IMG/VR virus record: IMGVR_UViG_3300036770_005754
Location: 7,472 to 71,471 of that record
Origin: a virus
Reading direction: 5' to 3' (one strand)
Length of the DNA: 64,000 nt
A program made the position numbers and the translations under genes. This document shows positions 58,747 to 64,000 of this stretch, one piece after another; positions within the stretch are counted from its first letter, which is position 1; every line of letters starts with the position of its first letter. Below the pieces are notes generated by a model. The model was not told the origin of the DNA. It searched no databases and was given only the letters and a program-made list of their open reading frames with translations.

Positions 58747-59304
58747 TTATTTTTCCACAAATTTATCCCATGATTCAAGAAACATATTGCAGTGATATAC
58801 AGGACTCCATTTTGGAATCTTAGGCTGATTTAACAGGTTCATGCCTATTTCGTTCAATGTCCTATCGGCTTTTTTTCTATTGCAGTCTTTGCATGCTGTA
58901 ACACAATTTTCAAAATCGTTCGTACCATTACGTACTCTCGGCACCACGTGGTCAATCGTTAAATCCTTGTTACCAAATCTACCACAATATTGGCACGTAT
59001 AATCGTCCCTTTTAAACAAGCTTCTTCTACTGAATGCTATTGTGGTAGATGGTACTTTATTATAACGGTTTAGAACGATCACCTCAGGTGCGATTATGGA
59101 CCTGTTAGCTAGACCTATAGTTTTGTCCGTAACCCTTGGTTCACGCAATATCCAACTGTCCCATGAGTGTTGTGAATAGTCGGAAGTATCTACAACGCTT
59201 GCTATATTGAGCCAGACCTTTGTAATGGCTTCTGCTACTGTTTGGACACCTATCGGATACCATGATTTGTTTAAGATTAAAGTTGGGTATTGTAATGTAG
59301 ACAT
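58747..59304 (-). CDS. HNH endonuclease (McrA-like, CxxC-flanked)
   Basis: RDDYTCQYCG...LTIDHVVPR...GTNDFENCVTACKDCNRKK. Confidence 0.93.
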   Translation of the reverse strand: MSTLQYPTLILNKSWYPIGVQTVAEAITKVWLNIASVVDTSDYSQHSWDSWILREPRVTDKTIGLANRSIIAPEVIVLNRYNKVPSTTIAFSRRSLFKRDDYTCQYCGRFGNKDLTIDHVVPRVRNGTNDFENCVTACKDCNRKKADRTLNEIGMNLLNQPKIPKWSPVYHCNMFLESWDKFVEK

Positions 59305-59318
59305 GCATTATCTCGAAT

Positions 59319-59389
59319 TTAGCCCGCGAAGATTCGAACTTCGACTTAGAGAACCAAAATCTCTAGTGCTACCATTACACTACGGGCTA
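59319..59389 (-). tRNA. trnQ: tRNA-Gln (anticodon UUG), CCA not encoded
   Basis: TAGCCCG/CGGGCTA acceptor (U1-A72), GTGT/GCAC D arm, AGAGA-TTTTGGT-TCTCT anticodon arm, CGAAG-TTCGAAT-CTTCG T arm. Confidence 0.95.
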
Positions 59390-59392
59390 ATG

Positions 59393-59752
59393 CTACTTAC
59401 TTAATCTTTCCATGATTCTTGTTTTGACTAAGTCTGTGTCTGACTGCGAAGGCGTCCAATCGACCATCAATTGTTTTGGCACATTGTCCCATGCTTTCTC
59501 ATAATCACTGACATTGTAACCTCTTCTATAACATTCATCTCTGATTTTTACGTATCTATTTTTGAGATACTGCATTTTATCATAGAAAAATGTTACGTGT
59601 CCCTTACCTAGTTTAAATGATTTAGGTATATTTGAGATTACAGCTTTACCAGAAGTTATCGCATTTGGTATCCTCTTAATTTCTCTATGTTCTGCCAACA
59701 AATGTTCACGTGTCAAATCAGATGGGTCTACGCCGACATTAATGCGTGTCAC
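59393..59752 (-). CDS. denV: Pyrimidine-dimer DNA glycosylase / T4 endonuclease V-like
   Basis: (M)TRINV...LTREHLLAEHREIKRIP...FKLGKGHVTFFYDK; GTG start at 59752. Confidence 0.9.
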   Translation of the reverse strand: MTRINVGVDPSDLTREHLLAEHREIKRIPNAITSGKAVISNIPKSFKLGKGHVTFFYDKMQYLKNRYVKIRDECYRRGYNVSDYEKAWDNVPKQLMVDWTPSQSDTDLVKTRIMERLSK

Positions 59753-60287
59753 TTTTCTTACCGTCCCAAATGTTGTCTTTTTCAGCCACAAGTCTAGCCA
59801 GAGTAAACAAGTAATCACTAAGTCTGTTCAAGTACGGGACAATCGAACTGTTTAATTCTTGTGTCGCAGATGCTTGATGTAAAAATCGCCCAACAGTTCT
59901 TTCGACCCTACGACATATAGCCCTTGCGACATGGATGTGGTTATTTGGCAATATGAAGTTCTTTAATTCTGGTAGACTCCCCTCTATTTCATCAATTCTG
60001 TCTTCGATGAATTTAACATCCGTCTCTGTAACTCGTCTTTCGCCATTGTGTAATTCTGCACCGATATCAAACAACTTACGTTGTATCGTTTCAATACAAG
60101 AGAAAGCATTATGTCGATCACGCCCAAACAGCAGTTGCCCATTGAATAGGGCAATATAACACAATCCGATATATGAGTTTAACTCATCGATTTGACCTTG
60201 ACACTCTATCGCATCGTCGAATTTCCATACTCTTTTACCACCATGAGATGTTCGTAAATCGTCACCTGTTCTCGTGTAAATTTTCAT
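59739..60287 (-). CDS. pduO: PduO-type cob(I)alamin adenosyltransferase
   Basis: KIYTRTGD, GQIDELNSYIG, QRKLFDIGAEL, HVARAICRRVER, YLNRLSDYLFTLAR. Confidence 0.92.
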   Translation of the reverse strand: MKIYTRTGDDLRTSHGGKRVWKFDDAIECQGQIDELNSYIGLCYIALFNGQLLFGRDRHNAFSCIETIQRKLFDIGAELHNGERRVTETDVKFIEDRIDEIEGSLPELKNFILPNNHIHVARAICRRVERTVGRFLHQASATQELNSSIVPYLNRLSDYLFTLARLVAEKDNIWDGKKSDTH

Positions 60288-60399
60288 ACCTATCCTATCG
60301 TATCGTATGTCGAAGCGATTTTCTGATCGTAGTTATCACGACCTTAAAATACATCGCCTATATTATATGGCTTCAAAAGTAATTTGACATATACAGAAA

Positions 60400-60425
60400 G
60401 GGCGGGGATGATCGTCTCCCCGCCC
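60400..60425 (-). terminator. Intrinsic terminator
   Basis: GGGCGGGGA/TCCCCGCCC stem immediately after the 60436 stop; TTTCT tail on the minus strand. Confidence 0.65.
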
Positions 60426-60435
60426 CGTTTAGCAA

Positions 60436-60780
60436 TTACTTCATTTTGCTTTTGGCAAGTCTGAAAGCAGCCTCTACCAAACCAGGCATAATCCCATTTC
60501 TTATGAGCGGGTCCACGAGCCAATCCGGACCAATGAGGTCAATCGGCAAAACGTACTCATCATACAACATGTTAGCGGCTTCTTTAAGATTGCCGAGATC
60601 GGTGTCGCTAACACCACCCGCTTCGGCCAGGACTGTCTGAATCGCTTCAGTAAGAGCTAACAAGAACACCCACATCTCTGAGACAGTCACTTTTCCGTCA
60701 GAGAATGCTACTAAAGCAGAATCCACTACTACTTTCAATTTCGGGTAGAAAACATTTTGTGTCATCTTGGATCTCCTCAT
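60436..60780 (-). CDS. Hypothetical protein, possibly membrane-associated
   Basis: 114-aa ORF; GAGGAG upstream of MTQN. Confidence 0.65.
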   Translation of the reverse strand: MRRSKMTQNVFYPKLKVVVDSALVAFSDGKVTVSEMWVFLLALTEAIQTVLAEAGGVSDTDLGNLKEAANMLYDEYVLPIDLIGPDWLVDPLIRNGIMPGLVEAAFRLAKSKMK

Positions 60781-60884
60781 ATGGTCGATAAAGTAAATCT
60801 AAACTGACAATCGTAAGCATCATTTAGGGTTCCGCCACATGTTGTTGCGGAGATCGGGATGCCGATAACCAACACAAGAGTCAA

Positions 60885-61595
60885 TTACGGCGACGGTGGC
60901 TTCCGTTGCTTTAACGCAACACCATGTTTAAATTGTGTTAATGTTTCGCATTCTCCACAAATCTCCAAATTCGGATCATGAGGTTCGCAAGCGGACTTGC
61001 CATCTGTTGTTGGTGGTTGCAACGGTGGTCGGCCAGCAAGCGGAACAACGTCACTGAATGTGTCGGCATAAACATATTCAATATCTGGGTGCTCCAGTAG
61101 CTTTTGTATGGCTTCATCCTTTGTGCCTTTTCCGGACCATGCACACTGCATCTTTGATACAAATGGTGACACTCCCGTAATGTTTACCTCAGGGACATCA
61201 TCTCTAACGAATTGAATAACGGTCTTGGTTGTGCCCTGTTTCAAAACGCAAATTAGCAATTCGGCATTTTGAAGCTCCTTTTTTCGGACTTCATCATACC
61301 CGACTGCGAACTTGATATCAAGCGGCTGGTATGCGTATGGAAGCCGGGTGCTTTGGTGGCCGCGAAAAAAGCAATTTCTGCTACGACATTCAAGCTTGTG
61401 GAGGTTTCTCCATTTGTTCTCCAGAACCAACCGACAAAAGCACGGTGTTTCGTCTCCGGATAAACCTTTTCGATCGCCTCGATCTGAGTCGCGGAAGTGA
61501 TCGAGTTTCGCGTCCTTTTGTGCGAACGCCGAAGCAGAAAAATCGGTTACCATTAATCCAATTAAGAGTAAAGTAATAAGGAAACTACGATTCAT
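60885..61595 (-). CDS. Hypothetical secreted-type protein
   Basis: Signal-like MNRSFLITLLLIGLMVTDFSASAFA; GGAGG upstream; visibly more GC-rich than its neighbours. Confidence 0.7.
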   Translation of the reverse strand: MNRSFLITLLLIGLMVTDFSASAFAQKDAKLDHFRDSDRGDRKGLSGDETPCFCRLVLENKWRNLHKLECRSRNCFFRGHQSTRLPYAYQPLDIKFAVGYDEVRKKELQNAELLICVLKQGTTKTVIQFVRDDVPEVNITGVSPFVSKMQCAWSGKGTKDEAIQKLLEHPDIEYVYADTFSDVVPLAGRPPLQPPTTDGKSACEPHDPNLEICGECETLTQFKHGVALKQRKPPSP

Positions 61596-61778
61596 GGTTC
61601 CTCCGGTAGTGGGACAAGTGATTGAAAAACGTGTGGATTTGGTGGTGTTAGCGAACGAACGTACACGGTCGATGAAGCTACTACTATATCTTTGCTTAGA
61701 CGAACTCTATGATATTTGTAAATCGTAAGCATCATTCAATTTTCACGATCTATATAATTTCATTTAAATATGGAGTAA

Positions 61779-63284
61779 TCAATACCTATCCACCATAGCT
61801 CTAGACATAGTATAGATAAATCTCAACTTCTTAGTACCATACACCTTTTTATAACCAAATTTCTCGGCATATTCAGATTCTTTAATACCCATCTTTACGG
61901 CGTGATTATATAATGTCTTCTTATGCATCACCCAGCCTCTATCATCACTATACCAATAATCTGGACGCACCTCGGCATCTAGTCTAAAACCGACCGCCTT
62001 GTAGATAGCACCTGTATGATTAAAACTAGTGTCGCAATACGATACCACACAGTCAATACCTCGCAATAGTTTCAAGCATCTGCTCACAAACCAAGAAGCA
62101 AAATTCTTCTTCTGATATCTAGGGTTAATACACAATCTTGATAATTCACAAGTAGTATCACGAGTAAACCCAGTGATGATGATATTTTGCCTAACCAACG
62201 GTGAAAAGACACAGACAGCTATTAATATATCACCAATATATGCACCATATGCTAGCCCACCTTTACCAGCATTAGGTAGATAATGATACTTGGTCAACAA
62301 TTCCCTGTATTCTGCTGCTTGAGCCTTTTTAATCGTTACTTCTTCGAACCCGAAATCTACCACATCAGTTTGGGTAATACCAAGCCAATATTTCAATGAT
62401 TCTACGACCTTCTCTTTACAAGCGAATTCGTGTTCCCAGATATACTTTAGTTCATATTGATCGACTAAATAGCGTTCATAATATGTGGCTTTGGCTTTAT
62501 CTACTCTAATAGCCTTGTCTTGTGTATGCCAGTAGTCGCCTTGGCACTCTATTAATAACTTTCTACCTGGTCTAGGAATAACACAATCAAAATTATACGG
62601 TCCTATTATACACTCAGAGTCCGCAATGGTGTTGTCGTGCTCGCGATGGTACACAACACCTAGATCATCTAATATTGAGTACAATATTTTTTGAATGCTC
62701 GACACTTTACCTGATTGTTTAGCTCTGAAGCTGGCCAATCGCTTTTTATTGTTTTCTGTGTTCCAATATTCAGTCTGAACAGCAACCTGCTTTGCTCTGT
62801 ATTCACTATCAGCCCAAAGTTCTTTTGAATGCTTAGACAACTTTTCGCGAACGTCTTCAAATACATTCCTTGATTTAATAGACTGAGCCAATCGTTTTTC
62901 TTGTGTCCAAGCTTTAGCCATTCTTGTGGCTTGATGTTCGCTATAGGTATCATGATCCAGTTCAATTCGATGCTTAATGCACAAACGGTGTACGGCCGAC
63001 GTCGAGCCACCCACTGCTGCCGCGATCTCGTTCAATGAATTGGTATTTCTCATAGATGTTATCATAGATATTGTGTCTGGGTCATCGAGCAGGCTTTTAT
63101 TTTTTAACTCCGCAATTTGACTTTTAGTGCGGGTTAATCCCAAATGCTTGCAAAGCTTCATTACTGTTCTGCGTGGCTTGTTTATAGCTAGGCCAATTTC
63201 TGCGTGAGTACTACCAGCATTATACATGTCTCTTACTATTACCAACTCCTGAGATGTAAATTGATCAATAACTGGTATATTCAT
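61779..63284 (-). CDS. HTH + Vsr/DUF559-type PD-(D/E)XK endonuclease + Mom-family (GNAT-fold) domain fusion
   Basis: Two HTH-like segments; IGPYNFDCVIP...LLIECQGDYWH...YIWEHE; then TKYHYL, CELSRLCINP, VVSYCDTSFNHTGAIYKAVGF. Start moved to MNIPVID. Confidence 0.7.
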   Translation of the reverse strand: MNIPVIDQFTSQELVIVRDMYNAGSTHAEIGLAINKPRRTVMKLCKHLGLTRTKSQIAELKNKSLLDDPDTISMITSMRNTNSLNEIAAAVGGSTSAVHRLCIKHRIELDHDTYSEHQATRMAKAWTQEKRLAQSIKSRNVFEDVREKLSKHSKELWADSEYRAKQVAVQTEYWNTENNKKRLASFRAKQSGKVSSIQKILYSILDDLGVVYHREHDNTIADSECIIGPYNFDCVIPRPGRKLLIECQGDYWHTQDKAIRVDKAKATYYERYLVDQYELKYIWEHEFACKEKVVESLKYWLGITQTDVVDFGFEEVTIKKAQAAEYRELLTKYHYLPNAGKGGLAYGAYIGDILIAVCVFSPLVRQNIIITGFTRDTTCELSRLCINPRYQKKNFASWFVSRCLKLLRGIDCVVSYCDTSFNHTGAIYKAVGFRLDAEVRPDYWYSDDRGWVMHKKTLYNHAVKMGIKESEYAEKFGYKKVYGTKKLRFIYTMSRAMVDRY

Positions 63285-63328
63285 AATTAATTTTATTCCG
63301 AATCTTGTCATATTATATACACAAAAAA

Positions 63329-63357
63329 GCCCCTGCCAATACAAGACTGGCAGGGGC
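63329..63357 (-). terminator. Intrinsic terminator after the major capsid gene
   Basis: GCCCCTGCCA/TGGCAGGGGC 10-bp stem followed by TTTTTT on the minus strand. Confidence 0.9.
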
Positions 63358-63383
63358 CGATTCTATACAATGGACAGGCTAGC

Positions 63384-64000
63384 TCAGAGGTTGCTTACGG
63401 TGATAACGCCGTAGTAGAGGCCGCCATCCTCGATCAGCTTCTTTCCATATCGTGTCATGATCCCTTTGTTCGGTGTGAAGCTGTTAGGATCGAGGACAGT
63501 TGGAGTGCTCAACAGAGGAATATATGGAGCGTAGAAATAACCAGCGTCTAACACTGAGTTACCCTTGAAGCCCATCAGGATCTTACAATTCGGGAAAAGA
63601 GGGTCTTTGTAGATCTTCATTTTACCCTGGATTGTTCCGATGTTCATGATACCAATATCGACACCTTCTGTCGTAAAGGCGTCGCTCGCTCTGAAATCGT
63701 TCAACTGTTCGAACTTGGAGCAGATGTCAGCAGACATAACCATCCAGTTAGCAGGGCCACGGAGAGTGGTTCTGTGGATGATGTTTGCCACTTCGAGGAC
63801 CTTGTACATCAGAGCGATGTTTCGATCAGTGAAGTTCACCGATGCCCCAGCGGCAGTGGCGAAGTTGTGATTAGCACGAATAGCTGAAGCTATGATGAGG
63901 TCGTTGATGATTTCACGGTCGATTTCAGCAACCATCTCATCGGCCATCAGGTCAGTGAGGGTTGATTCTGCATCGATATTGTGAACCGACTTGAGGTCTT
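63384..64000 (-). CDS. gp23: Major capsid protein, T4 gp23-like (5' part outside the window)
   Basis: Frame open to the window end (DLKSVHNIDAESTLTDLMADEMVAEIDREII); GPANWMVMS, KIYKDP, MGFKG, AGYFYAPYIPL, PNKGIMTRYG. Confidence 0.93.
   Translation of the reverse strand, partial: DLKSVHNIDAESTLTDLMADEMVAEIDREIINDLIIASAIRANHNFATAAGASVNFTDRNIALMYKVLEVANIIHRTTLRGPANWMVMSADICSKFEQLNDFRASDAFTTEGVDIGIMNIGTIQGKMKIYKDPLFPNCKILMGFKGNSVLDAGYFYAPYIPLLSTPTVLDPNSFTPNKGIMTRYGKKLIEDGGLYYGVITVSNL

Noticed and set aside
60829-60860. Second tRNA or structured ncRNA near 60830
   Set aside because: Only a short imperfect hairpin (TCCGC/GCGGA); no cloverleaf or TTCGA loop.
1-64000. Stop-codon reassignment
   Set aside because: Recognisable genes (PhoH, Tmk, dUTPase, RarA, PduO) read through their motifs under the standard code and several end in TAG or TGA; the tRNA anticodon is UUG (Gln), not a suppressor.
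1-64000. Eukaryotic giant virus or cellular chromosome
   Set aside because: The gp23-type capsid, SD motifs, intrinsic terminators and gp2-like gene indicate a tailed bacteriophage.

Overview
A 64-kb, AT-rich, gene-dense segment of a large tailed dsDNA phage with a T4-like capsid. The right edge holds the 3' part of a gp23-type major capsid protein gene. No rRNA, CRISPR array, integrase or transposase was seen. From left to right: (i) a ~9-kb glycosyltransferase/sulfotransferase/methyltransferase/oxidoreductase cluster; (ii) PhoH, thymidylate kinase and dUTPase; (iii) two tandem paralogs with a conserved N-terminal domain and variable 26-aa repeats; (iv) a 15.6-kb block of virion-type genes, including an MMP-like protease, a very divergent sigma70-like protein and a T4 gp2-like protein; (v) two more paralogs of the repeat family in inverted orientation; (vi) an HTH/methyltransferase-like gene, a second thymidylate kinase, adenosine deaminase, Nudix, an XRE-HTH protein and a TOPRIM primase; (vii) scaffold-like and collagen/polyproline fibre-like genes, a trypsin-like protease, a MoxR-vWA pair, RarA, HNH, tRNA-Gln, DenV and PduO; (viii) an HTH-endonuclease-Mom fusion just downstream of the capsid gene. 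The strongest candidate for an undescribed system is the four-gene repeat family. It has hypervariable columns on a fixed helical repeat, mosaic N-termini, and an inverted layout around the structural block. Each copy also shows an extreme switch from A/C-ending to G/T-ending codons. All family assignments come from motifs recognised by eye; no searches were run.
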